Source: Octopus bimaculoides
Taxonomy: Eukaryota
Reading direction: 5' to 3'
Assembly (NCBI RefSeq): GCF_001194135.2
Contig: NC_068981.1
Span: forward strand, 144,806,170-144,870,169
Length of the DNA stretch: 64,000 nucleotides
Shown here piece after piece: positions 38,300 through 51,830 of the stretch (position 1 is the first letter of the stretch; the number at the start of each line of letters is the position of its first letter). The notes under the pieces are model-generated. The model was not told the DNA's origin. It searched no databases and was given only the letters and a program-made list of their open reading frames with translations. Made by a program: the position numbers and the translations under genes.

Positions 38300-39497
38300 A
38301 AACTTTCTAATATTGGAACAGGGACAAATATTTGAAGGAAAGGGACTTGTCGATTGCATCAACTTCAATGACCACTTGGTATAATTTCATCAACCCCGAA
38401 AGGATGAAAGACAAAGTCGACCTCGGAGGAATTTGAACTCAGAACGTAAAATGGAAGAAATGTCGTTAGGTAGTTTGTCCTGCGTACTGACGATTCTGCT
38501 AGTTCACTAGATTAACGAAAATAATAATAATCCATCCTACTATAGCCATAAGGTGATGGTGGCAAGTCGATTGCTTTGACCCTAGTGCTCATCTGGTGTC
38601 TATTTTATCGACCTCGAAGAATGAAGGGGAAAATCAGAGTGTAAAGCCAGAAGAAATGTTACTAAATAGTTTACCCTGCATTAAGATGGTGGATCACATC
38701 GACCCTAACAACTAGTTTGGTACTTTGTTTTATCGACCTCGGAGTGATGGATGATAAAGTTGACTACGGCGGAATTTGATCTCAGAAAGTTGAGTCAGAA
38801 AAATTATAGTAAGGTATTTTGTCCGGCGCCGGAATGATTTTGTCACTTCGCTGTCGACGTTATAATTGTAATATTGTTTCAAATTTTGGCACACGCCCCG
38901 CAGTGTTAGAGGTAGGGTAAAATTGGTTATATCGATCCAAGTATTTGACTACTACTTCATTTTATCGACTCCGAAGGGTAGAACATCGGCGGGATTTAAT
39001 CTCAGAATCTAGAACCGAAATATATATCGCTATGCATTTTTACTGACGTGTTAATGATTCTGCCAGCTCTCGGACTTAATAATTATATTTCTCTCTAATT
39101 TTGGCAGAAGGCCAGCAAGTTTAAAGAAGTCGGTAAGTCAATTAGATTGACCCCCAGTACTTATTTAATCGAAACCGAAAAGATATAAGAGAAAGTCAAC
39201 CTCTACAGAATTTGAACTCAGAACGTAAAAGGCTGGAAGAAATGCCGTTAAAAAACTTTGTCAGACATGCCAGCTAACTGCTTTAATAATCCTTTCTACT
39301 GTAGGCACAAGGCCTGAAAATTTTTTTTGGGGGGGGGAGGGGACAGTCGATTACATCGATCCCAGTACTCAACCAGTACTTAATTTATCGACCCTGAAAG
39401 GATGAATGGCAAAGTCGGCTTCAGTGGAATTTGAACTCAGAACGTAGCGTCGGGCGAAATACCGTTATGTATTTTGCCCGGCGAGTTAACGATTCTG
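38300..39497 (-). mobile_element. Array of about 6 co-oriented SINE-B copies of differing age
   Basis: Copies at about 38320-38510, 38530-38690, 38690-38860, 38880-39075, 39090-39280 and 39290-39497. The last is split by the 39498-41271 insertion. Confidence 0.85.
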
Positions 39498-41271
39498 ATT
39501 TCTTTAATTAGGCACAAGGCCTCAATAGAGAAAGGACAAAACAAAAACAGACAAAACAATATATTGGGGTACATAGAAACACATATCGGATGAATTATGG
39601 ATATAATGAAAATGAGAATGAAATGACTTACCTACCCGCAAAGCAGGTAGCTCCATTTTACTGTTTATGTATCACATATTAACATTACAGTTCATTATTC
39701 TTATTTCGCATCTTTTTATGTTTTAAACGTCATTATTTTGAAAATTTAAACATTTCACTTACTTTCATTGTAAATAATGTATTATATCTTCACTGATGGC
39801 ATCTCGTCGTATCGAACCTGTAACGGCGATATTTCAAATGTTTCACCAAATAGTTCCTTTAACCTTTCACATCTGTCTCTCTCAAGCAAGACCGCCCTGT
39901 CGTCCTCGGTACATTCCCTCCCTGATAACTTGAATCTGATTACGTTTTTCATTTTTGTAATCTTTCTCTCGATCTCTACACTCTTTTTATAGTTTATCAT
40001 CGTCCGAATGTGTTTTCCTTTTCGTACCCACTCCTGTTTTCCATCGTTATTCTCTTCTGATGTTCCTGGTATTTGTGTCTCATCCTTCTCTGTATCGCTC
40101 TTACTCTTTGTTGTGGCTATCTCTCTTCTCTCTTCCTTTCCTTTCTGCGCATTTCTTTCCTCCGTAATTTTCTTCTTTTTTTTTTTGTATCTCTGGTCTT
40201 TCGCATTGATTCTCCTCTATATTTCCTTTTCTCTTTTTCTGTGGAATTTTGGATGAGGAATTAACGTTTTCTACTTTTCTTCTTTCTTTTTCCAACTGTA
40301 CACTTTTCTCCTACATTTTCTATCTTTTCACTTACTTGCATTTGTACCTCGGCTCTTTGTTCCTCTTCCTCTTCCTCTTCCTGCTTCTCTTGTCCTACTT
40401 CCTTTTCTTGTTACTGGAGGACACCTTGCTTACATGTGTCCCCTTACTCCACAAAAAAATCAACATACCGGCGGTCTTCCTTCCACCACTATCCTCAGCC
40501 TTCCTTCCTTCGCCAGTGTCAGTTCCTCCGCAATTTTGTGGAGGTCTGGCAGGCTAATATGGACCAAAACCTCCAGTCCATACCCCCATTAGTTCACCTC
40601 CACGGTACTTGAAATATCTATCATCTCAGTGTTCTCCTCTGTACTGAAGAAGATGGTCGCCACCAGCCATACCTCATCAATTTCCGGGGGAACTCCACCC
40701 ACTCCTACTCTGGCCGCACGCTTGCCACTGCAAGTCGGCAGCAGCGCCCACTTCGGCGATCTCAAAGGCACAGTGGAGTATTTCCTCGCTTCTTCTTCAC
40801 CATATTTTGCTTCTCTGGTGCAGAACGTCACCACGCTCCTAATATCTCGGAGGAACCTCTCGACCACCCCCACCGCAGCCACTTCCAATGTCATGTACAC
40901 AAGTGCCACACTCTCAGTTGCCTCCACCACCTACTTCGGGGGGCGCCAACCTCAGGCCGTCTCCCCGCTTCCCAACAAATCGTTGTACTCTCCGAAGTCC
41001 CCCCCCCCTATAATTCAATCTTTGCGACTTGCAGTCCCTCCGCCGACAGGTCCTTGCCAGTTACTGCAGCACAACTGCCCACTTGCGCTGGTGCACTTTC
41101 CATACTATTCCCCACCTTTCCCATAAATGGGGAAGAAAACCAAAAAACAGCAACAACAAGTTCAACAGACAACAACAATCCAACAATTCAACAAACAACA
41201 GCTAAGCAAAAACGGCCCTCACAAGGAGAGCACACACCTCAAGCTCACCAACTCAAACAAAACACCAACGA
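39498..41271 (-). mobile_element. ORF1-only non-LTR retroelement (L1/Tx1-like, half-LINE architecture), 1774 bp, inserted into a SINE-B head
   Basis: TSD CGGCG(AGTT/TACT)AACGATTCTG at 39479-39497 and 41272-41290 (16/19 identical), TTG-rich 5'UTR, decayed Gag-like ORF1, about 280-bp 3'UTR and terminal ...GCCTTGTGCCTAATTAAAGAAAT. Confidence 0.75.
39782..41103 (-). pseudogene. Disrupted Gag-like ORF1 with CCHC zinc knuckle
   Basis: MESAPAQVGSCAAV... then VTFCTREAK...LLPTCSGKRAARVGVGGVPPEIDEVWLVATI... then LRIVVEGRPPVC*FFCGVRGHM*ARCP (knuckle at 40418-40474), followed by a K/E/R-rich low-complexity tail. Multiple stops and frameshifts. Confidence 0.75.
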
Positions 41272-41540
41272 CGGCGTACTAACGATTCTGCCAGCTCACC
41301 GCGTTTAACTGCTTTAATAATAACAACAATCCTTCCTGCTATTGTCAAAAGGCCTGAAATTTGAGGGCAGAGGGTAGAGGGCTTGTCGATTACATCGAAC
41401 CCAATGAATGGCTGGTACTTAATTATCGACTCCGAAAAGAGGCAAAGTCGACTCTCAGCAGCATTTGAACTCAAAGCGTGAAATGGGACAAAACGCTGCT
41501 AAACATTTTGTCCGACGTAGTAACCATCTTGTTAAAACGT
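41272..41540 (-). mobile_element. SINE-B head (5' half of the split copy) plus a further SINE-B copy
   Basis: CGGCGTACTAACGATTCTGCCAGCTCACCGCG at 41272-41303; the next copy spans about 41320-41540. Confidence 0.8.
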
Positions 41541-41574
41541 TGCCTCAGTATAATAACAGCAGCAACAGCAACAT

Positions 41575-41695
41575 CAAGAATAATAATTATAATAATGACC
41601 ATGATGATGATGATAGCGATGATGATAGCGATGATGGTGGTGACGATGCTGATGATGATGATCATGCTGATGATCAAGATCATGATGATAAAATA
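41575..41695. repeat. Degenerate (AAT)/(GAT)n microsatellite
   Basis: Directly visible. Confidence 0.9.
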
Positions 41696-42239
41696 ACTGT
41701 TGAAATTACTGGCGTGTCTAATGCCTAAAATATTTTAATGTTACTGGTCTTTCCATTCTGTAATCGGCCTTATTAGATAAAAGTCTTTTCAGTGTTCATT
41801 TTAACAGCGATGAAATACAAGGTTTGAGAAAATGTTCAACTTTTAACCAAACAACANNNNNNNNNNNNNNNNNNNNNNNNNNNNNNNNNNNNNNNNNNNN
41901 NNNNNNNNNNNNNNNNNNNNNNNNNNNNNNNNNNNNNNNNNNNNNNNNNNNNNNNNNNNNNNNNNNNNNNNNNNNNNNNNNNNNNNNNNNNNNNNNNNNN
42001 NNNNNNNNNNNNNNNNNNNNNNNNNNNNNNNNNNNNNNNNNNNNNNNNNNNNNNNNNNNNNNNNNNNNNNNNNNNNNNNNNNNNNNNNNNNNNNNNNNNN
42101 NNNNNNNNNNNNNNNNNNNNNNNNNNNNNNNNNNNNNNNNNNNNNNNNNNNNNNNNNNNNNNNNNNNNNNNNNNNNNNNNNNNNNNNNNNNNNNNNNNNN
42201 NNNNNATATATATATAAATATATGTATGTATATGTATTT

Positions 42240-42592
42240 GTTAGGCATTGGACTATGGCCATGCTGTAGCCCCACCTTGAACGTTTTAGCCAAACAAACA
42301 ACTCCACTACTATATTTTTGTCTGCTACTGATTTCATCGGTTTCTTTAGCTGAGCCGATAAGTGACATAAACAAACCAACATGGGTTGAAGAGCAGTGGG
42401 GTGACACACAAGCACACATCCACATATATTATACAGGTATGTGTATATGACAGGCTTCAACACAGTTTCCGTCTACCAATTTCACAAGGCGTTTGTCGTC
42501 TCGGGTCTACAGTAGACGACACTTGCTCAAAGCATCGCGCAGTGGGACTGAACAAGAAACCACGTGTTACAAAGCGAGTTTCTTAGCCACAC
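42240..42592 (-). mobile_element. SINE family A, near full length
   Basis: 3' domain CATTGGACTATGGCCATGCTG..., internal CA tract, GTTTCCGTCTACCAATTTCAC, and head CAGTGGGACTGAAC...TTTCTTAGCCACAC. Confidence 0.8.
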
Positions 42593-42689
42593 ACACACAT
42601 GCTGAACACTGGGGTCGATGTAATTAACTTCCTTATTCCTCAAAATTGGTGGCCTTTAGCCTATAGTAGAAAGGATAGTCTCTTGTCGC

Positions 42690-43110
42690 CTTGAACGTAT
42701 TGGACCTGGTATAGTTGCAGCACCTAAGTTTAGTGTTATGTACATGTGTATATCATGGAGAATTTGTTACATAATTGTATATATTTTGTTTTTTATCCAA
42801 TAATCCCCAAGGCACCTATTATTATGGGGATTATTTGCTTTTTGGTTCCACTGGCTCTGGTTATCTCTATTTCCAGATCGCTTTATTTGTATAGTTTCTT
42901 CATTTCTGTTGGATATATATTATCCTTTGTTCGAAATGATGCATCGATTATAAAATATCTCTTTAGCTGACAGCCATTGACAAACATTTCTGGAGAATAT
43001 GTTTTAATCTTCCTGTCCATACGAATTGACATGTTCTAGAATTTGGTCAATTGCATTTCAATGAGTGCTTTTGTGGCGTATTTTCAGATGCTAGTATAAC
43101 ATTCTCTGTT
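42690..43110 (-). mobile_element. Decayed R4/Dong-like LINE 3' (restriction-like endonuclease) fragment
   Basis: The reverse strand reads ...SDLEIEITRASGTKKQIIPIIIGALGII, closely matching the 55758-55982 peptide. Confidence 0.7.
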
Positions 43111-43158
43111 ATTTTTATTATTGATGTTAGTATTTATTAGTGGAATATTATATTATAG

Positions 43159-43764
<606 letters not shown>

Positions 43765-43780
43765 TATTATTATTTTTATT

Positions 43781-46500
43781 ATTGTTGGGCACTCTTTTCC
43801 AATTTCCTTTATATTCCTCTCGATGCCTTCTGAACTATTCCCAAGGACCCAACAATAATTGGTACTATTATAACCTTCTTTATCTTCTATACCGGGACTC
43901 TGTCGTACTTAAGAGGGTTGCATCTATCTATCTTTTCGCCTTCCGTCTTGACTATTCGTAGATCAAAGGGGTATGCAACGTCAACTATATAGCATATGTG
44001 GTGCACCTTGTCCACCATCACTAGTTCCGGTCTGTTATGCTCTAGCACCTGATCTCTTTGGATTGGGAAACCCGAGAAGATTTTGCTAGTCTCTGACTCT
44101 GTCACTCTCTGCGGTTTGTGCTCATACCACGTCTTGCATCTCTCTCGCCCCCACTTTTCGTGCAGTTCTCAATGTAGCACTTTCACTACCTGGTCGTGTC
44201 GCCACAACTTGTAGTAGTATTGGGCAAGTCTAGGGCATTCGTTCGTGATATGGGCAATAGTTTTATCCACCCTATTTCAGATACGTCACAGCGTAGGCAC
44301 TTGCTCATTCCTCAGGATGACCCTCCAGTTCGTGGTCAGAGCTTGGTCCTGCGCTGCCAGTATAGTGCTCTCGGTCTTGTTTTCTAGGGTTCCTTTCATC
44401 AGGCAATCCCACCTATTTTTTTCCAGCAACTTCTGTTGTGGTTACATGGAATTGATTGTGGAGTTCCTTCTTGAGTAAGTCTTCTTTATGTCCTTTTCGT
44501 ACTTCTTCCTTTGTTTTCCCAATTTTTATCTGCTCTCAATACTCTTGCGTTCTTAACTGTCACTAGTAAGGTTTCCTTACTTTGGGCTAGGTACCTCATT
44601 AAGCTCTCGAGTTCGATACACACTTATCAGTCCCCTTCCTCCATTTGCTCTCTTCATGTATAGTTGATCAGTGTCTGTACGTGGATGATGGGCTCCATGC
44701 ATTGTTAGGAGCTTTCTTGACTTCCTGTTCATTTCCTTTAGCTCTTCCTCTGTCCACTTCAGGATTCCAGCACCCTACCGAACTACTGCGACTGTGCGCG
44801 AGTTTATTGCGAAATTAGGTTTCTGGTAGTCAGCTTTCAAACCAATACATCCCCTTTCACTCACCGCAGGTACCCTCTTTTTGTCTTTTCCTTCATGTCG
44901 AGGTGCTTGATTCCATCTGCATCAAGTATTTCCATTTCCTCATTTGTCAACCATATGCATTCTGTTCTGACAAGCTTTCGTCGTCTCATCACTATCGTAG
45001 CACATTTTGGGTGTCCAAACTCCATCTTAATATCACTGGAGAAAATTCGCACAGACTGGATTAGGCTGTCCAGTTCTACCTCAGGTTTTGTGAATAGCTT
45101 CAGGTAGTCCATGTGGTTTAGTTTTCCCTTACCTCTTCTCAGATCATACTCCAACTTTGTTTTCAGTAGTATTTCACTCAAGGAGATCATCAGAATATCA
45201 ACGGGGACACACTGTCCCTCTGGAAGATTCCTCTCTTGATTTTCTCCTCTCCGAGTACTTGTTTCCCTGCTGTCAATTCTGTTCTCCAATATTTCATGCC
45301 ATTCCTTACAAGGCTTCTCATATTCTCTTCTACTCCATACATTTTCACTGTTTTTATTATCCAGGAGTGTGCTATCATATCGTATGCTTTGCGATACACA
45401 ACCCATGCCATGCTCAGGTTTGTGTGTCTTCTCTTGCAGTTCCTGATATTTAGCTTATCAATTAAGAGCTGATCCTTCGTTCCCCGACCTCTTTTTCGGC
45501 ACCCTTTCAGTTCAATGGGTAGCAGCCCACTTTTTTCCAAGTATCTGTACAATTCACCGACCAAAGCACCTGACATTAGTTTCCACATTAGCGGAAGACA
45601 TGCTATTGGTCTAAAGTTGGATGCAACATTTCCCTTTTCAGGTTCCCTAGCACATAACAATGTATTTCCCTTTGTCATCCAGCTGGGTACTGCGTCTTCC
45701 TGCAAGCACTCATCTAGCTGTTGTGCTCTCCTTTCATGGAGCCCTCTCAGCTTCTTCATCCGATACCTTTGGACACCATCCGGTCCATGGCTCTTCCGAT
45801 TTGGGAATTTTCTTAACTGCTTTTTAATCATTTCTGTAGTTATCTTTATGTCTTCTTGGACTTCTATATTTTTAACTTGAATTTCATGCAGACACTGCGC
45901 TTCACCGCTTCACCATTATGCTCTACAGGTTGGTCCCAGATCCCTCCCCAGAATGCTTTGCTTTCTTCTGCATCTGGTATCGTTGTTACGTGTATTTGCC
46001 CTTCTATTTCATGAAACAGTCTTTTTTCTTATTTGCTTCAAGCAATCTGTTTTGTATGAACTGCCTTTTATCTATTGTCATATATTCCCAGTTTTGCTTT
46101 GATTGTTATTACTCTTTGCTTCAATTCTTCCAATACCACTTCATACCCTTTATCACTTATTCTATATGTTCTTTCCGGCATTATTCTTATGCTATCGTTC
46201 TGCAATTTCTCTCTTCTCAATCTATCAACTTGTCCTAAATGTCTTTTTAACTTTGTTTGCTTTCCACTTGTCATGCAGCGGCCTTTGTTACCGTTTCTCC
46301 TTAATATATTAGAGGTTGGTTTGTTTCGCTATGGGCTTTATTTGTTTCTTCGTGTACTGGTTCATCTAGTTTTATTTGTTGGAGGTACATTTTAGTGTTT
46401 TCCGTCACTACTGAGTGCATTTCTTTGGTATCTTCATGGTTCAAAACTAATTATAACATCCAGTCGCTTGCTTGTTGGAGGTAAGCAAAGATTCCCATGA
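43781..46500 (-). mobile_element. Long decayed R4/Dong-like LINE (N-terminal region, RT, CCHC, RLE)
   Basis: RT motifs GPDGV, NFRPIACLPLMWK, GCRKRGRGTKDQLLIDK, AWVVYRKAYDMIAHSWI, GIFQRDSVSPL, HMDYLKLF; zinc motif IAHITNECPRLAQYYYKLWRHDQV; RLE HNRPELVMVDK...IVDVAYP and VPIIVGSLG. Confidence 0.92.
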
Positions 46501-47073
46501 CTGCATTTTTCAATGAGATTTGAGTTTGTATTAACCCTCAGCCACCTTCTTTTCGGTCTGTTCCTGTGTTTTGGTAACGTGTGCGATCCCTTGTCAGCTT
46601 TTGTATTTTGACATCAACTTCGTTGATCTCATAGAGGAACCAATGTATAATATGAAACCTCTATATGATTACAGGCATGAATAATGTGTTTATGACCTCA
46701 GTTTCGTCTCTGGCATTCAGCTCGATTATCAGAATTGTTCTCACTCTTCGGTAGCACTCCTTTCCTGTCTTTTCTGAGTGTTTAATCCTATCTCCTCCAC
46801 GTAATCCTAGATACTTATAAGTGCCCTGAGATCTTAATTCGTCTATCTCGGTGTCACTATCTATGGTGATTTTGCATGTATTTGATAATTTTCCTTTGGT
46901 AAATGTAGCCTCGGTGCATTTGTCAAGCCCAAATTACATTTTGATGCTACCACTAACCTCTTTGTCTGTGTGTAGGAGCACCTATAATCTTTTGTGCAGT
47001 GTTTGAAGTCATCTATATACAGATGATTAACTGTTTCTCTAATTATAATTTGTTTCATTCGGGAGTTTACTGT

Positions 47074-47075
<2 letters not shown>
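46500..47075 (-). mobile_element. Second, different R4/Dong-like RT fragment
   Basis: NHLYIDDFKH...FGLDKCTEATFTKGKL...TYKYLG...ECYRRVRTIL..ELNA, with frameshifts and stops. Confidence 0.8.
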
Positions 47076-47112
<37 letters not shown>

Positions 47113-47195
47113 GAGTGAGAGAGCAATGTATGCACTCAAAGTAACATTAGGGTACAAATAATCGAAACCTAATATCCCCATCATGAATACCTACT
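47076..47195 (-). mobile_element. 3' tail fragment of a retroposon with (AAC)n tail
   Basis: (GTT)n at 47076-47113 followed by GAGTGAGAGAGCAATGTATGCACTCAAAGT..., a non-coding tail that interrupts the LINE stack. Confidence 0.45.
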
Positions 47196-48436
47196 TCATA
47201 ACGAATGAGGCACCCGTTTCCAGAGGTGAATTATTTCACTGGTATTCCAGATAAGCACATTGAAGCTATGAAGAACAACTGGGACAGCTAAGGAATTTAT
47301 GGCTAACACCTTATTATATGCATTCAGCTCAGACTTCAGAACTGCTCGAACTCTTCTATAACATTGCTTCCTAAACTTCTCTTTCATGCTTGCATTCGGA
47401 TACCAGAGCCTTCATTTATTCCTAGGTATTTATAGGTTTGTTCCAGCTCAAGTTCCTTTATTACTGTTTCGACATCTAATTCTATTGAACTTGACTTTAC
47501 TAGTTTCCCTTTCTTAAAAGTGGCTTTGGCACACTTTTCAAGGCCAAACTCTATCCCGATATCATTACTGAATCCTTTCACAGTATGTAGTAGTCTTTCA
47601 AGCTCTTCATCATCTTTGCCATATAGTTTTAAATCATCCATATAAAATAGTTGCCTTATTTTCCTGTTGTCAATTTTGTAGCCATAACCTGTTCTATTCA
47701 GTTCACTTGAGAGTGGTATTAGTGCTATGCAGAAAATTAGTGGTGAAAGTGAGTCACCGTGGAAAATGCCACAGTTTATGCTAATATTGTTTGAGCGCAA
47801 TACTCCATTACAATGATATAATTGGAGCTTCGTGTTCCATAGCGACATATTATACTTTAAAAAATCTGAAATCACACGAGAAATTTTGAAAATGTCCAGC
47901 GATTTCAGAATCCACGAATGTGGTATGCTGTCAAAGGCTTTTTATAATCAATCCATGAAGAGCTGAGATTTTTGCGCTTGTTATGGCAGTTCTCAAGGAT
48001 AATGCGATTAATTAGGAGTTGATCTATGCATCCGTATGAGCCTCGTCTGCATCCTTTTTGTTCAGTGGGAAAGAGGTTATTCTCTTCCATAAACGTATAT
48101 GTTTTCTCCACTAGAATAGATGTCAAAATCTTACAGGTAGTAAACAAACATGTTATAGGCCGGTAGTTTTTTTGAGGTCTTTGGTTTCGTTATTTTTTGG
48201 GAGAGGTAAGTAATACCATTTGCCATCCAATGGGGAGTTTTTTCTGGGTCTTTCATAATACTATTAAATAGTATTACTGACATTTTGTGTGCGGACGAGG
48301 AGATTTCCAATTATGAGCCTTCGTTAGTGCCCTCCTTAGGTCGGCGATTGAGATGTCTTCCCATACCTGTTCTTGTAGATTTTTTGTAGGCATCTTGGGT
48401 GCGTTTGATCCAGTCTGCATTTTCATTGTATGGTTT
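47196..48436 (-). mobile_element. Third R4/Dong-like RT fragment, best preserved RT core
   Basis: HNWKSP, EQKGCRRGSYGCIDQLLIN, SSWIDYKK, CGIFHGDSLSPLIFCIAL, LFYMDDLKLY, FGLEKCAK, YKYLG, CYRRVRAVLKSELN. The 5' end abuts the (ATT)/(ATC) tract at 48440. Confidence 0.93.
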
Positions 48437-48439
48437 CTC

Positions 48440-48690
<251 letters not shown>

Positions 48691-51133
48691 ATAATATCAT
48701 ATATTTAATATACTTAGACCATGTATAAGTGTAACTGTATATTTCAAAACACACATTTAGTTGTGTTTATTTTAATAACAAATTTATAGCAATGTTGATA
48801 TTCTTTCAGAAACTGTAACTATTTACATTACTTCATAATTCTTTAAAAAAATAACGAATGAATTACAAAAAACAGACGTAGTCGGAAATATTTGTGAATG
48901 CAATAGATGTTCAACGCAGTAAGTTAATGACTTCAGGTCAACCTATGTCATTTTTTTTTTTAACGTATTATGATGTATAAAATTTTAAAAATCAACTGTG
49001 ATATATAGCTATGTTCGAACTGAATCCGATAGATTGTTCAAAAGATCATGGAAATTGAGCGACCGAAAGATAATTTGACCATCCACCAACGAAGTAAACA
49101 CAAAAGCCTAGAAATAAGGAGTAGAAAAATATTCCTCTAAGAATGCTAAACGAGTTTGAGAACAAAAATGTGGGTTTTGAGTAAATATTGTTCTTTAAAG
49201 TGACAAGTTACTCAAATAGCAAACATAGATGAAATTCCTTTAAACATTGATGTTCCATGCAATAAAACTATTAATAAAACAAATGCTAAAACAAATACGG
49301 TTAGGAGTATTGGATACGAGAAAAGTCACTTGCCACTTGTATGAGCATAGGAGAAAAACTTCCCAAGGTAACAACACTGAGCGAAAAATTAGCCAGCAAT
49401 GTCTGTGTCCATGTGTTCTAGAAAAGATAGATATATTTAGAAGGAATATTCATTTGGGTTGATATATTTAGAAGGAATAATCTTTCACATGTAGTGATTA
49501 CTTGAGAGCTAAGATAACAAGGGAAAAAAACTAATGGAAAATAACCTAACGAACGAAAGTCACATTTGGCTGTTTACATTACTGTTTAGCAAGGCATGTA
49601 TTTATCTTTTGTACTTTACTTGTCTCAGTCATTAGACTGCGGCCATACTGGGTCACTACTTTCAGGAATCTTTAGTCAAATGAAGTGAGATCAGTATTTT
49701 TTTTTCTATTACAAAACACTTCGAAATTTTAATGAAAAAAAAGTGGATGCACTAAAAGTTTAAAATATTTTAACACGTAATACTGTGCATATAAATAGGA
49801 CAACGTTTGTTCAAATGTGCATGTATCGAAGAATTCTCAAGAAAAAGCAAGACGTGACATAATGATAAAACCATTCATAGAATGTTGCATTAGTAATGCA
49901 ATGGGTGTTACCGATCATGTTATTTTCTCTTCGAAAATGATAGTAAATCTAATGATGACATTTGAGATTCCTATCCAAGTGATAGCGAAAGCAGCAACAA
50001 TTTAGTAGGTTCCGAAGGTGAATAACCTTTTTACGAGTTCGACCTCGTTTTTTTACACACTTTATTTTTTATCTTTTGTGTTAGCAACAATATTTTTCAT
50101 GCTAGGTTTCATTTTTTTTCAATATTAATTTTTTAAGTGCTGTTAACTTTTTCTTTATCAAAATTTGTTCTTCAAAGGCTACATCTCATTCAGCGGCTCG
50201 AGTTATTTTCCGAAAACTATGGTGTGTGTGTGTGTGTGCGTGTGTGCTGAGGTGTATAACTTTTTTTTCATTCTATTCTGTTATTTGAATCTAGCTACTT
50301 TACGCCTTTAATCATTACTTCCCACATAGTTTTGGTATATTTTCTGTGTTCTTATAGCTATTTTGGTAAAAAATACAACTTGCAATTGTTAGTGTCCAAC
50401 TTTTTGTTGTTGTTCTTCTTATTATTATTATCATTAATATCATTATTATCATTATTATTATTAGTTATCAATTTTATTATAAAGTGCAAAACAATAGTTT
50501 AAAACTGCTTTCATCAATGTTGAAACGTTAAAATTGACAACAATAGCACTCTAAACCTGCATTAGAGTTAGGTAGGATTTACATAAATTTAGGAAATGAG
50601 TATATTATTGAATAACCGATGAAAATAGGAGTCATTGAAGTGCACATTAAATTGTGAGGGATAGCAAGTGACCATAGAATTGCTAGCCTTATTGAATGAA
50701 TATTCTGGGAAGTGGGTATGCTAAATTCACATTAAGATTAATAATCTAATTGTAACTCAAATCTGTTAAGAGGTCATATATCCAACATCTTTAACAACAG
50801 GAATATTTCATTGTTGTTTGACCTAACTTCGCCTATATTCAGTCATTTGTGCCTTTAATTAGCTTAAATTTTCAGATTTTGGATGACGGTCATGCTTGAG
50901 CACCGTCTTCAATGGATTTTTATATTATGATATCGATTCCAAAGCTTATTTTAAGTTTGGTATTTTCTGCGGTTAACCTCTTTTCTATAGAGCTTAAAGT
51001 TACTGGATGTAAAGAAATCTATACACACACACACACGCACACACACATACACGCACACACACATACACACACACACACACCGCACATGTATGCATATATA
51101 CAGAGGTGCATATCCCTGCGGAAATATATATAT

Positions 51134-51166
<33 letters not shown>

Positions 51167-51369
51167 GGGTTTTAGAACACAGGGCGTACATAATGGATGT
51201 TACCTCTGGACGAATACTGTAGATAATAAATGTGCTTTTCAACAATGTGTTTACATTTGAATATGATATTTTAATTTAAAACAGTTTCCATTGCATATAA
51301 CGGTTACATATACATATAGAAATACACTTACACATAATTAATGGTGCGCACGCACGCACACACACTCAC

Positions 51370-51515
51370 AGAGCTTCCGCATGTCTAGAGATTTCGCTTA
51401 CAAGGCATTAGTTGCTTTGTAGCTATAATTGTAGATGCTCACTGAAGGTGTTGCGTAATGGGGCTGAAACTACACAGTTGCGAAGCGAACTTCTTAACCA
51501 ATTAGCTATTCCTGC
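51370..51515 (-). mobile_element. SINE family A, decayed
   Basis: TTTCGCTTACAAGGCATTAGTTG...GAAGGTGTTGCGTAATGGGGCTGAAAC...AACTTCTTAACCA. Confidence 0.6.
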
Positions 51516-51792
51516 ATCACATCTCAGAGCGTTTTCGTTAACAAAATTCATCGCTTGTATACATTATCCATTTAGATTCAGGTGACATTCTTAAATCATA
51601 GAAATAATTTAGCTTGGATACATTACTAATCGATGTTTGATATTCTTTAAACTATTGTATCTATGTTCGCAAAGTATTGTATTCACTTAAGGAAGTAACG
51701 TTGGACTAACACAAGCCTAAGAGTCTACGAAAAGCATTTTCAGTAAAAAGCATTCGCTTCAGATATTTATGACTTCACATCTTCACCTGACA

Positions 51793-51830
<38 letters not shown>

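Noticed and set aside
38300-39497. Repeat-spacer appearance of SINE-B arrays as CRISPR-like
   Set aside because: Units are about 200 bp, highly divergent and carry Pol III boxes. The context is eukaryotic and there are no cas genes.
40629-41126. 165-aa + strand Ser/Pro/Thr-rich ORF
   Set aside because: It is the antisense shadow of the GC-rich Gag-like ORF1 on the minus strand.
49780-50040. Acidic Ser-rich reading (ENDSKSNDDI*DSYPSDSESSNNL) resembling a piggyBac N-terminus
   Set aside because: No catalytic motifs and no paired TTAA-bounded TIR were found; too weak to call.
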